64,000 nt of DNA from a virus (lineage: Duplodnaviria > Heunggongvirae > Uroviricota > Caudoviricetes). This document shows, piece by piece, positions 9,157-18,340 of this stretch; position 1 is the stretch's first letter, and each line of letters opens with the position of its first letter. The stretch lies in IMG/VR virus record IMGVR_UViG_3300028394_000043; one strand, given 5' to 3'. The position numbers were made by a program, and so were the translations under genes. Under the pieces are notes generated by a model. It ran no database searches and was not told the DNA's origin. It worked only from the letters and a program-made list of their open reading frames with translations.

Positions 9157-11588
9157 ATTCCACCGTCAGTTATTACCCAACCATACTGACCAATAGAGGT
9201 CCCTTCTAATTGATTTTTACCTGATTGTCCGGATAAAGTATATTTAATTGACCCAAAATTAATATTAATACCGTAGGTTAATGTTGGTAAAGAACTCCAT
9301 CCATTATAAATTGAGTTAAGATTCGTTGTTGAGTAATCTGTGAATGTTTTAAATGACATAAAGTCGGTGAAGTTGGTAACCCCACTAACATTCCATCCAC
9401 CTATATTTTGGTCAAAAGCTGTTGAATTAAAGAACATTGCTCCCATATTTGTAACATTTGAAACATTCCAATTTCCTATTGGTTGATTAAATAATGTTGA
9501 GTTATAAAACATATTACTCATATTTGTAACTCCTGACGTTATCCAATTATTAATGTCTGAACTACTATCATTATTAAATGCGTCAGAATTTTGAAACATA
9601 GTTGACATATTTGTAACTGAAGATGTGTCCCAACTTCCAATATTTTGATTAAATACCATTGTTCCTCCTCCACCACCGGCTCTTCTAAACATTCCTGACA
9701 TATCTTGTACTAAAGATGTGTCCCAATTATCTAAAGGTTGATTAAATAGACGAGATTCTTCAAACATTCCTAACATAGTTTGAACACTACTCACATCCCA
9801 ATTATTAATATTTTGATTAAATATATAAGTGTTGGAAAACATTTGTGACATAGTTTGAACATTTGATAGTGTGGAAGTTGTTGGTGTAGTTCTTTCCCAA
9901 TTAGATAAAGGTTGGTTAAACACAAAACACTCGTTAAACATACTTTCCATATTAGTAACGTTTGATACATCCCAAGATGAAATAAGTTGGTTAAATGATT
10001 GACATCCAACAAACATACGTCTAGTTGTATTTGCAAAAGAAACATCCCAATTATTCATTCCACTACCTGAAGTTCCGGATGATAGACCATTATTAAATAG
10101 GGTACAGAATCCGAACATATTATAGAAGTTATCGGAGTTTGAAACATCCCAATTAGATACAACACTATTAAATTGTGAACAATTTAAGAACATTCCTTCA
10201 AATGTGTTAGTATTAGTTACAACCCAAGAATTTAAGTTATTAATTGTGGTGATTGACGAACAACCTGCAAACATATAAGTTAAATTAATTGAACCGGATA
10301 AATCAGGTGTATCTACAACATTTAATAATGTTAGATTAGTACATCCCCAAAATGTTGCTTCGTGAACACTTTTCCAAGGACCCCATTTTAAAACTTCTCT
10401 AATTTTTAATTTATCCACACCTTCAGGTCTAGTTCCATTATAGAATGACCAACCATCAAGTACACCATAAACTGTGACAATATAGTCACCGGCAAATGAG
10501 TATGTGTGTGTTCTGTTTGCGTAAGTATTGGCGGAAAAATTTCCGTCGCCCCAATCTATGGTTCCACTATATGTCCCTGTTGAATAATAAGGTAACGTAA
10601 TTGATTCAGATGAACCTGTTGTTCTCCATACCGATATAAAAGATGGTGGTGGTGTTACACAACTAACATCCGATGATGCGGCTCCGACACCCGGAATTGT
10701 TGTTTGAACTAATGTAAAGGTTGGTATTGTTATATCATCAAGGCGATAAACTTTTCCTGTTGAGTATTCAAATAAATAAAGGTTATCATTCTTTGATGAT
10801 AATCCGTAAACTCCGTTGATTGACGGACTAATGATTGTATCATATTCAACAACACCTGTGGTATAGTTATATTGGGTTAAATACGTATTACCACCATTTA
10901 TATTTGAAACAAATAATTTATTTGTTGATGGAAAATAGAATAAATCACCACCAAGAACTCTACCTGTTCCCGGTAATGAAAATTTATTAGTTATTGTAGG
11001 AACACTTCCTGATATGTCTGCTTCAACAATAATATATGAATCACCAATACTTACTCCGGTTATTGTTGAAATTAAAGTATTATCGTCTTTAACACATAGT
11101 CCCAATAAAGGTTGTGATGGGGATAATATTCTATTATATACGGCAACAAACGGTGATGGGTTAATATAATATTCTGTTATTGTTTGAGGATTATTAATAT
11201 CGGTTATCCAAAATTTATTATAATTATTGGCAATATCACCTATTGATGGTAGTGAAGGAAATGTTAAAAGGGTTAAAACATTAGTATCAATGTTATATTT
11301 AAATATATCTGTACTTCCGGTGGTAACATAACTAACGCAATCCACAATAATAGGGGTAACACTAATACAATCAACAATTCTAGATTTTACACAACCATCT
11401 AAGGTGGATACTTTAACCATAACTGATGGAGATGATTCAAATTGAGGTGGAAGATAGATTGTGGTTGTTGGTGGTACTGTGGTAAAAATTTGAGATAATA
11501 ATGCACAATTACTACCATACACATCACAAACTTGAACGAAATATGGGTTAGTTAAACCCGATATTAATGGAATTTCTATTACTCTCAT
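9153..11588 (-). CDS. DUF285/BspA-like leucine-rich repeat surface protein (fiber/adhesin)
   Basis: Many ~28-aa repeats [20 protein letters not shown]..., the signature of the 'Mycoplasma DUF285' / BspA-like LRR family. Confidence 0.6.
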   Translation of the reverse strand: MRVIEIPLISGLTNPYFVQVCDVYGSNCALLSQIFTTVPPTTTIYLPPQFESSPSVMVKVSTLDGCVKSRIVDCISVTPIIVDCVSYVTTGSTDIFKYNIDTNVLTLLTFPSLPSIGDIANNYNKFWITDINNPQTITEYYINPSPFVAVYNRILSPSQPLLGLCVKDDNTLISTITGVSIGDSYIIVEADISGSVPTITNKFSLPGTGRVLGGDLFYFPSTNKLFVSNINGGNTYLTQYNYTTGVVEYDTIISPSINGVYGLSSKNDNLYLFEYSTGKVYRLDDITIPTFTLVQTTIPGVGAASSDVSCVTPPPSFISVWRTTGSSESITLPYYSTGTYSGTIDWGDGNFSANTYANRTHTYSFAGDYIVTVYGVLDGWSFYNGTRPEGVDKLKIREVLKWGPWKSVHEATFWGCTNLTLLNVVDTPDLSGSINLTYMFAGCSSITTINNLNSWVVTNTNTFEGMFLNCSQFNSVVSNWDVSNSDNFYNMFGFCTLFNNGLSSGTSGSGMNNWDVSFANTTRRMFVGCQSFNQLISSWDVSNVTNMESMFNECFVFNQPLSNWERTTPTTSTLSNVQTMSQMFSNTYIFNQNINNWDVSSVQTMLGMFEESRLFNQPLDNWDTSLVQDMSGMFRRAGGGGGTMVFNQNIGSWDTSSVTNMSTMFQNSDAFNNDSSSDINNWITSGVTNMSNMFYNSTLFNQPIGNWNVSNVTNMGAMFFNSTAFDQNIGGWNVSGVTNFTDFMSFKTFTDYSTTNLNSIYNGWSSLPTLTYGININFGSIKYTLSGQSGKNQLEGTSIGQYGWVITDGGI

Positions 11589-11980
11589 ATTATTGAATCT
11601 AATAATCTCTTTTTATCAATCATTCTATTTTTAAACTCACCTTCAGTTAATTCAATTAGTGAATCAATAAATAATTTGTAATCTTCTATTGTTCTAAATT
11701 TAATACCATCAATTATATTAAATTTTGGTAATATAGGCTCAATAAAAATATCTATACTATAATCATCTCGTTTAATATGCGCTCTTTTCCCGCTTAAACT
11801 CATTGGTGATGTTGTTTCCCAAGTAGTTATTTCTCCAAAAACTTCTAATCCGTTTAAATCATTAACAACAATATCTATATCGTTAGCTTTTTTTATTAAA
11901 TTTAAGTACCATAAATATGTACTACCAACAAATACCACATCATCTTTAGTATTAACAATACTTTTAATTAAATTAATCAT
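11585..11980 (-). CDS. minimal nucleotidyltransferase (MNT)-fold protein
   Basis: [22 protein letters not shown] fits GS-x(9-13)-DxD of pol-beta-superfamily nucleotidyltransferases; 131 aa. Confidence 0.4.
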   Translation of the reverse strand: MINLIKSIVNTKDDVVFVGSTYLWYLNLIKKANDIDIVVNDLNGLEVFGEITTWETTSPMSLSGKRAHIKRDDYSIDIFIEPILPKFNIIDGIKFRTIEDYKLFIDSLIELTEGEFKNRMIDKKRLLDSII

Positions 11981-11990
11981 AATTTGATTG

Positions 11991-13163
11991 TTAACAATTA
12001 CCCGTTGGGGAAAGAGTTCCGTATGTTCCTAAAGATTCAGAAATAATTTGAGAGGCACAAAATGCAACACTACCACCCCAATATACAGTTTCAGTAACTT
12101 CTCCAACTCCTGAACAATTTAAATAAGTAACACTCGCACTTTCACCTGAGCGATTTTCTACAGAAAGAAAATACCCTAAACAAGGTAATCTTGTTGGTGT
12201 AACCGTTGGTGTAACCGTTTGTGTTATAGATGGTGTTGGTGTATTTGTTGGTGTTATAGACGGTGTTTGAGTTACTGGTGGTGTGTTACTAGGTGTTAGT
12301 GATATTGTTGGTGTGACTGTTGGTGTTGATGTTGGTGTTGGGGTATTAACGTTATTACAATTTGGACATTCTCCTCTATTTGAAAAACCATAACCGGCTG
12401 ATAGTAATGTTATGCTTGAAATTTCTTGAGGGTTGGTGTTAATACCAACATAATGTATACATCTACTTTGACCGTTTACAAGTGCTTTGAAAATCTGAAA
12501 TTCAAGAATATGACCCCCCTGAGGATTTTCAATTGAATCGTAAGTAAAATATTTAATTCCATCGGAGAAACAATCTTGGAATTCATTTGAAAATGGACAA
12601 ATAATTTCATCATTTATCATATCAAAAGATACTGCTCCTGAAAACGTACAATCCCTTTCAACATTTCTTGATGGTGTAGGTGTAGGTGTAGGGGTTCTAG
12701 TTGGTGTTGGACTTAATGAAAATATTGTTGCATCAATAAATGATACGGGACAAATATTTGTTGATGTTGGTGTTACCGTTACTGTTGGTGTTACTGTGCT
12801 AGTTGGTGTAACCGAAGGCGTAGGTGGTAAATCACAATCAAATAAAACTGCGAAATCTAATGAACCACAATTATTTGTTGGTGTTGGTGTTGGTGTGGGA
12901 CAAGTTCCCACAGTAAATAATTCATCACATAAGTCAGGACAAGTTGTTGAACAAGGTGATTTACCTGATAAGAAACAAGTACCACCTAATGTGTCAGACA
13001 AACACCATTGTGTGTCACCTGATGAATAGTAAATAAATAATCCGTTAGTTTGACCGGTGTAATATTGCACACCATTATAATTTGTTAGAGTATCTTCATA
13101 ACTATCGTTATATAAAGGTATTCCGGTATTACTAATACAATATATTGATGATGGACACGACAT
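11991..13163 (-). CDS. PT-rich structural/fiber protein
   Basis: Several long TPTPTPT linkers, Cys-rich; start moved to internal ATG (MSCPSS) to avoid overlap with upstream gene. Confidence 0.5.
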   Translation of the reverse strand: MSCPSSIYCISNTGIPLYNDSYEDTLTNYNGVQYYTGQTNGLFIYYSSGDTQWCLSDTLGGTCFLSGKSPCSTTCPDLCDELFTVGTCPTPTPTPTNNCGSLDFAVLFDCDLPPTPSVTPTSTVTPTVTVTPTSTNICPVSFIDATIFSLSPTPTRTPTPTPTPSRNVERDCTFSGAVSFDMINDEIICPFSNEFQDCFSDGIKYFTYDSIENPQGGHILEFQIFKALVNGQSRCIHYVGINTNPQEISSITLLSAGYGFSNRGECPNCNNVNTPTPTSTPTVTPTISLTPSNTPPVTQTPSITPTNTPTPSITQTVTPTVTPTRLPCLGYFLSVENRSGESASVTYLNCSGVGEVTETVYWGGSVAFCASQIISESLGTYGTLSPTGNC

Positions 13164-13165
13164 AA

Positions 13166-13381
13166 TTACGTTGTTAGAATTTTGAAGGATTCGCATCCAT
13201 TATTATCAATAACTTTTAAGGTATAATCGTTTTGACCTTCAATTACAACAGGAATTTGAAATTCGTATGGAAATGAAGTAATGGTGCCAATATATATACA
13301 ATTTGTGATTGGGTTATCACAAAGGTAGATATCAAAAGGTGATTGGCCGGCGATTACGTTAATATTAATGAATGTAGACAT
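13166..13381 (-). CDS. small beta-domain protein (fiber N-terminal-domain paralog)
   Basis: 71 aa; resembles N-terminal domains of 1009-2031 and 5421-6713 products. Confidence 0.4.
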   Translation of the reverse strand: MSTFININVIAGQSPFDIYLCDNPITNCIYIGTITSFPYEFQIPVVIEGQNDYTLKVIDNNGCESFKILTT

Positions 13382-13398
13382 TTAGATTTAAGTTATTC

Positions 13399-13410
13399 CA
13401 ATAAATATAG
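13399..13410 (-). promoter_or_regulatory. late-type motif CTATATTTATTGG upstream of 13381
   Basis: TATATTTAT family member. Confidence 0.3.
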
Positions 13411-13433
13411 GAGGATTAAAAAACTAATAAAGT

Positions 13434-13464
13434 TTTGATAATAATAATTTTATTCGTATCTTTG
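13434..13464 (+). promoter_or_regulatory. Bacteroidetes sigma-A-type promoter (TTTG-N19-TATCTTTG) for primase operon
   Basis: -33 TTTG at ~13434, -7 TAtcTTTG at 13457-13464; ATG at 13470 (near-leaderless). Confidence 0.5.
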
Positions 13465-13469
13465 CCTAT

Positions 13470-14369
13470 ATGTCAGATGATGCGGAAATTTTATTGGAGA
13501 TATTACACGATATCTTAGGTGATGAAAAACTTCACTATGAGTCAAAAGGTCAAATATCTTTTGACTGTCCTGTATGCGATGAAGACCAGCACAAAGGAAA
13601 TATGGAGGTGAATTACTTTGAACACGTTTATAAGTGTTGGAGTTGTGGTGATGAGAATAACACCAAAGGACCTCTTGGGAAACTTATAGACACTTTTGGT
13701 AATAAGAAACAGAAAAAAATATACAACCTACTCCAACCTGAAAATCACAAACCAAAAGAAAAACGAGTTACTAAATTAAGATTACCTGAAGGATTTACCA
13801 AATTCAAAGATAGTAGTTTGGTTTATCCGGTTCGTCGTCAGGCGTACAATTACTTAACCCAACGAGGAATAACTGATAAGATTATTGAGAAGTATGGTAT
13901 TGGATTCTGTGATAAGGGTGCGTTCTCGGGTAGGATAATAATTCCTTCTTATGATAGTAAGGACGAGTTAAACTATTTTATTGCCCGAAGTTGGGACCCG
14001 AACTCAAGAGCCAAATACAAAAATCCTGAGGCATCAAAAGATGAGATAATTTTCTTTGAGAGTACAATTAATTGGAATGCCGACATTCATCTTTGCGAAG
14101 GAGCGTTTGATGCGATATTCCTACCTAATAGTATCGCTATGTTGGGAAAACATATGTCGGAGTTATTACTTAATACATTATACGAGAAAGCAAATGGTAA
14201 CATAATTATTTGTTTGGATAGTGATGCTTGGAATGATGGTGTAAAACTATTCCACAACTTAAATGGTGGGAGATTATATGGTAAAGTTAAAATAATAAAA
14301 TTAACGGGTGATGCCGATGTTGCCGATTTAAGGGGTGATATCAGTGATTACTTTTATACAATGAAATAG
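13470..14369 (+). CDS. DNA primase (DnaG/T7 gp4-type zinc-binding + TOPRIM domains)
   Basis: CPVC...CWSCG zinc ribbon; TOPRIM motifs LCEGAFDAIF and ICLDSDAWNDG. Confidence 0.8.
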   Translation: MSDDAEILLEILHDILGDEKLHYESKGQISFDCPVCDEDQHKGNMEVNYFEHVYKCWSCGDENNTKGPLGKLIDTFGNKKQKKIYNLLQPENHKPKEKRVTKLRLPEGFTKFKDSSLVYPVRRQAYNYLTQRGITDKIIEKYGIGFCDKGAFSGRIIIPSYDSKDELNYFIARSWDPNSRAKYKNPEASKDEIIFFESTINWNADIHLCEGAFDAIFLPNSIAMLGKHMSELLLNTLYEKANGNIIICLDSDAWNDGVKLFHNLNGGRLYGKVKIIKLTGDADVADLRGDISDYFYTMK

Positions 14370-15233
14370 ATGATAGATTTAAATGAGGTTGCAAAAGAGA
14401 TTAGAGGGTTATTGGATAAACGAAGAGAGGAACTTGAGTTAACATTCGTTGAGGACACCCACACTTATTATATGAAGGATGAGACCGGTGTAGTCCGAAG
14501 TGATTATCCCTCCGTTAGTAAAGTGATGAAATACTTTTACGAGGAGTTTGATACGGAAGGTATCTCACTAAAGAAAGCTAAAGGTGACCCTGAAGTTCAA
14601 CAACAACTATTGGATGAGTGGAAGGCTGCCGGAGATTACTCAACTAATATGGGAAGTAGGGTTCACTATATGTTGGAAAAGAAAACCATTGAGATGTTTG
14701 GTGATTACAAAGAAGTAAGACAACCCATCTTTGAATGCGATTTTACACAAATTTTAAAAGGTGATAGTATGATATCAGCAGGGACTGCATATCTGAACCT
14801 TATGGTTGAGAGGGGTGCCGTGTTATTGGATACTGAGATTGTGTTGGGTGACCCCGAGTTAAAGTATACGGGACAACCCGATAAGGTGTGGTTAATTATG
14901 AATAAAGAACAAACTGAGTTTGGGTTGGTCATAACAGACTGGAAAAGTAATAAACCAAAAAACTTTGAAGAGAATCATTTTACTCAAAAAATGTATTATC
15001 CATTTGATAAGTTACCAAACAACGCATTGGGTCATTACTTCACTCAATTACCATTTTATGGGAAACTTCTTATTAAAATGTTACAAGGAACCAAATACGA
15101 AAACATTAAATTGTATGGGTGTGTGATTGTCCTTGTTAAAGAAATTGGTCAATATGAAGAGTTCCGTGTTCCTAAGTCAGTTCAAGATACTATCTTGGAA
15201 ATGGATATGTCAAAATATTTGACAAAGAAATAA
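14370..15233 (+). CDS. PD-(D/E)XK family nuclease (Cas4/RecB/YqaJ-like)
   Basis: GQPDKVW, LVITDWKSNK (D-x-K), TQLPFYG (QxxxY) motifs in order. Confidence 0.5.
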   Translation: MIDLNEVAKEIRGLLDKRREELELTFVEDTHTYYMKDETGVVRSDYPSVSKVMKYFYEEFDTEGISLKKAKGDPEVQQQLLDEWKAAGDYSTNMGSRVHYMLEKKTIEMFGDYKEVRQPIFECDFTQILKGDSMISAGTAYLNLMVERGAVLLDTEIVLGDPELKYTGQPDKVWLIMNKEQTEFGLVITDWKSNKPKNFEENHFTQKMYYPFDKLPNNALGHYFTQLPFYGKLLIKMLQGTKYENIKLYGCVIVLVKEIGQYEEFRVPKSVQDTILEMDMSKYLTKK

Positions 15234-15262
15234 AAATAAACTAAATTTATAAAAAAAAGAAT

Positions 15263-15478
15263 ATGGACGATTTATTAAAACCAAAGATTGATTTAAAACA
15301 ACAACCTACTTTAGTGTGTGAGGAGTGTGATAGTATCTACTTCAAAGAAGTTACGATGATAAAAAAAGTTAACAAATTGTTAACAGGAAGTTCGGAAGAC
15401 ACTATAGTTCCGTTCCCAACATACAGATGTGATGATTGCGGTCACGTAAATGAGGAGTTTAAATTATTTGACAAATAA
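15263..15478 (+). CDS. small zinc-ribbon protein
   Basis: CEECDS...CDDCGH two CxxC pairs. Confidence 0.4.
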   Translation: MDDLLKPKIDLKQQPTLVCEECDSIYFKEVTMIKKVNKLLTGSSEDTIVPFPTYRCDDCGHVNEEFKLFDK

Positions 15479-15479
15479 G

Positions 15480-16277
15480 ATGATAAAAAAATTAGTTCAC
15501 TTTAGTGACTTACATATACGATTATTTAAAGACCACGACTTATATCGTGGCATTTTAGTCAATATGTTGGAACAATTCAAAGAGATTGCTCCGGACAGGA
15601 TTGTTTTCACCGGAGACCTAGTACATTCTAAGAATCAAATGACACCTGAACTTATTGAGTTTGTTGCTTGGATTCTTACGGAATGTTCTCAGATTGCCAA
15701 AACCATAGTTATAATTGGAAACCACGATTTCTTGGAATCGAACTCATCAAGATTGGATGCTCTTACACCGGTAATTGATTCATTAAAGAACAACAACATC
15801 GTTTATTTGAAGAACAGAGGAGAATACGAGGATGATAATGTTGATTGGGTGGTGTATTCATTACTTGACCATAACATTCCACCTGAGATTGAAAAAACGG
15901 GTAGATTAAAGATTGGATTATTTCACGGACCAGTTCAAGGATTAACAACCGACATCGGATATAAGTTTGAAACCGGATTTGAAACAGATAAGTTTAACGG
16001 ATGTGACTTGGTTTTATGCGGGGATATTCACAAAAGACAAACTTTCAACATCCCGGGTGGAAAAAAAGCATATATGGTGGGTTCAACAATCCAACAGAAC
16101 TATGGTGAGACAATAACCAAACACGGATTTGGAATATATAATGTTGAGACAGATGATTATTCATTTGTTGATTTGGATAATCCAAAACCCTTCTTATCAT
16201 TTAAGATGAAATCATTTGATGATATTATAAACGGAACTGAAAAATTAGTTAATAGTGGAAATAAAACTAACAACTAA
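15480..16277 (+). CDS. Mre11/SbcD-like metallophosphoesterase nuclease
   Basis: HFSDLH, FTGDLVH, GNHD calcineurin-like phosphoesterase motifs; adjacent to Rad50-like gene; start set at ATG 15480 after upstream stop. Confidence 0.75.
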   Translation: MIKKLVHFSDLHIRLFKDHDLYRGILVNMLEQFKEIAPDRIVFTGDLVHSKNQMTPELIEFVAWILTECSQIAKTIVIIGNHDFLESNSSRLDALTPVIDSLKNNNIVYLKNRGEYEDDNVDWVVYSLLDHNIPPEIEKTGRLKIGLFHGPVQGLTTDIGYKFETGFETDKFNGCDLVLCGDIHKRQTFNIPGGKKAYMVGSTIQQNYGETITKHGFGIYNVETDDYSFVDLDNPKPFLSFKMKSFDDIINGTEKLVNSGNKTNN

Positions 16278-16890
16278 TCAATTAAAGTCTGTCCAAGAAT
16301 ATTGTAAGTTAAACAATATTGAGGATGTGGATAAGTTCATATCCAAATGTTACACTGAAGGTTTTAACATTAACAAATATGGATTACTTGGTGATGATTC
16401 GGGAAAAACGGGTATTGTTGGTGAAAAACAGGTAGAAATTGAGGTAATTCGTGAAATACGGGTAGAAGTTCCGGTAGAAGTTATTAAAGAAGTTGAGGTC
16501 ATTAAAGAAATAATCCGAGAAGTTGAGGTTATTAAAGAAGTGAGAATTGAAGTTCCTGTCCCAAATATAGATAAAATTGGGGACGAAACTCAAGTAAATG
16601 AACTGTTGTTAAAAATACAACAGTTGGAAGATAGACCACCGGAAATAATTGAAACAATTAAAGAGGTTGAGGTAATTAAAGAAGTCCCGGTTGAAACAAT
16701 TATTGAGGTAGAAAAATCAAATGATAAGATGACAATGTTACAAGAGACTTTACAAACTTTAAGAAAAGAATTAAACTCAAAGACCGATGAGATTAAACAA
16801 TTAGAAGAAATAAATAAACAATTAGAATCTATTAAGATTAGTCAGGGTGCTGTCTATTTGAAAGGTTCAAACATAAATGATACAATGTAA
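16255..16890 (+). CDS. EV-rich tandem-repeat (PEVK-like) coiled-coil protein
   Basis: Repeats EVIKEVEVIKEIIREVEVIKEV..VEVPV then coiled coil; non-ATG (GTG) start, no in-frame ATG near 5' end. Confidence 0.45.
   Translation: MEIKLTTNQLKSVQEYCKLNNIEDVDKFISKCYTEGFNINKYGLLGDDSGKTGIVGEKQVEIEVIREIRVEVPVEVIKEVEVIKEIIREVEVIKEVRIEVPVPNIDKIGDETQVNELLLKIQQLEDRPPEIIETIKEVEVIKEVPVETIIEVEKSNDKMTMLQETLQTLRKELNSKTDEIKQLEEINKQLESIKISQGAVYLKGSNINDTM
16436..16710 (+). repeat. imperfect 18-bp periodic coding repeats (GAAGTTGAGGTYATTAAAGAA-like)
   Basis: Seen directly; encodes the EVIKEV repeats. Confidence 0.6.
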
Positions 16891-17170
16891 TATGGAAAAT
16901 TATTATTTAGACATTAGGGTTAGTGGTGGTAAGGAAGAAATACAAGAATTACTTGAATTACTAACAAAGATACAAATTTTAGGTTCAGTTGGGTCTAACA
17001 GAACCATCCCGGTCACAGTAGATGGTGATGGTAGTGCTAGACTACGTTTTGAAACGACCTCAACTGAAAATGACCAAATTGAAAAAATAAAAGAATTTCG
17101 TTCTATCCAAAAATTCATAAGTGAAGTTGAAGAAGGTGAGAACATAAGTACACATTATATAGGAGAATAA
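16877..17170 (+). CDS. hypothetical protein
   Basis: 97-aa ORF with ATG start, tightly packed. Confidence 0.4.
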   Translation: MIQCNMENYYLDIRVSGGKEEIQELLELLTKIQILGSVGSNRTIPVTVDGDGSARLRFETTSTENDQIEKIKEFRSIQKFISEVEEGENISTHYIGE

Positions 17171-17171
17171 G

Positions 17172-17516
17172 ATGATAATATTAATTTGGTTACTAGCGGC
17201 ATATGGGATGACGAACATATTGGTTTATGGGTCAATATTCCAAGGATTAAGAAATGGTTTACAAAATTGGGGAAATAGTATGTTACCATTTAATTCATTA
17301 GGAAAATTTTTTGGTGATTTACTGTCTTGTATGATGTGTACATCAACGTGGGTTGGTTTTTTCCTTGGAATTGCTTATTATTCACCATCGTCATTCCTTA
17401 TTGGGACGCCAACTTGGATTAGTTGGTTCTTTGATGGACTGATTGCTTCCGGGTTTGTGTGGGCGTTCAACGGGATGGTAGAATGGTTTGAAGAAAATAG
17501 ACCAACAAAAAATTAA
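17172..17516 (+). CDS. integral membrane protein with CxxC motif
   Basis: 3-4 predicted TM helices; SCMMCTSTW motif. Confidence 0.45.
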   Translation: MIILIWLLAAYGMTNILVYGSIFQGLRNGLQNWGNSMLPFNSLGKFFGDLLSCMMCTSTWVGFFLGIAYYSPSSFLIGTPTWISWFFDGLIASGFVWAFNGMVEWFEENRPTKN

Positions 17517-17519
17517 AGT

Positions 17520-18029
17520 ATGGGAAAATTAGGTGAATTTATATTAAAAAAAATTGAGGAAAAGAAAACTCAACGATGGATTATTACTTCCGATGATTTA
17601 TTTACCCTTTGTGGTGATATGGGAATTATAGAAGAGGATGATGTTATGATTGATATTATGGAGTATTTGGAAAACAATCAAATTGATGTTAATTTTCATA
17701 ACAACAGTTCGGCGGGTTATTACCGAATATGGAATGAACTTGAAAGAAAAGTTAAGTTAAAGAAAATATTGAATGGAACCAAAACTGAAGTTCAACAAAT
17801 GATTGAAAAGGTTGATAAAATTAAAGTTCAAGAAAGACCTGATTGGTTAGATTTTTACAAGAATGATGACGAAGAACCGGGAGATAAAGTAATTAAAACT
17901 GAGAATCAATATCAAAGAATTACTGATATGTTAACACAAGAACTTAGAGATATGGTAGACGAAGAACCGGAAATAACATTAGAAGAAATACAACAAGAAT
18001 TTAACAACGAAATAAATAACAATAAATAA
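17520..18029 (+). CDS. acidic hypothetical protein
   Basis: 169 aa, D/E-rich. Confidence 0.45.
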   Translation: MGKLGEFILKKIEEKKTQRWIITSDDLFTLCGDMGIIEEDDVMIDIMEYLENNQIDVNFHNNSSAGYYRIWNELERKVKLKKILNGTKTEVQQMIEKVDKIKVQERPDWLDFYKNDDEEPGDKVIKTENQYQRITDMLTQELRDMVDEEPEITLEEIQQEFNNEINNNK

Positions 18030-18037
18030 AAACAATT

Positions 18038-18307
18038 ATGCCAAAGTCAAAATTACGTGGTGGTGCAAAGGCACACAAAACAAGAGTTACACACAGAAAC
18101 AACACTCTTAGAGGATTAAGAAAAAAAGCTCAAGCAGAGTATCAAGAAATGTTTGAAAAACAAATGGAAGAGTTAAAAGCTCAATACCAAAATGAAAATG
18201 GTGAACTAGTTAATGTGAACACTGAAGTTCTTAGTGATGTAATTGTTGGTGAAACAAATGACATTAACGTAACAGATGTAGAAGTTGTAACTTCTGAAAC
18301 TGTTTAG
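18038..18307 (+). CDS. small basic protein (possible DNA-binding)
   Basis: N-terminal KSKLRGGAKAHKTRVTHRNNTLRGLRKK basic patch. Confidence 0.4.
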   Translation: MPKSKLRGGAKAHKTRVTHRNNTLRGLRKKAQAEYQEMFEKQMEELKAQYQNENGELVNVNTEVLSDVIVGETNDINVTDVEVVTSETV

Positions 18308-18334
18308 ACATTCGTTAGACATTTTTTAGACATT
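18304..18334 (+). repeat. three direct TTAGACATT repeats at 11-bp phasing upstream of rad50-like gene
   Basis: TTAGACATTcgTTAGACATTttTTAGACATT seen directly; helical-turn spacing. Confidence 0.6.
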
Positions 18335-18340
18335 CAACCA

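Noticed and set aside
12183-12330. Periodic short DNA repeats considered as a possible CRISPR array
   Set aside because: They lie inside a long ORF and encode PT linkers. There are no spacer-like unique segments and no cas genes.
13403-13412. AGGAGG Shine-Dalgarno-like sequence in the divergent region
   Set aside because: Other genes in the window lack SD sequences (Bacteroidetes-like), and it sits ~60 nt from the nearest plus-strand ATG, so probably chance.
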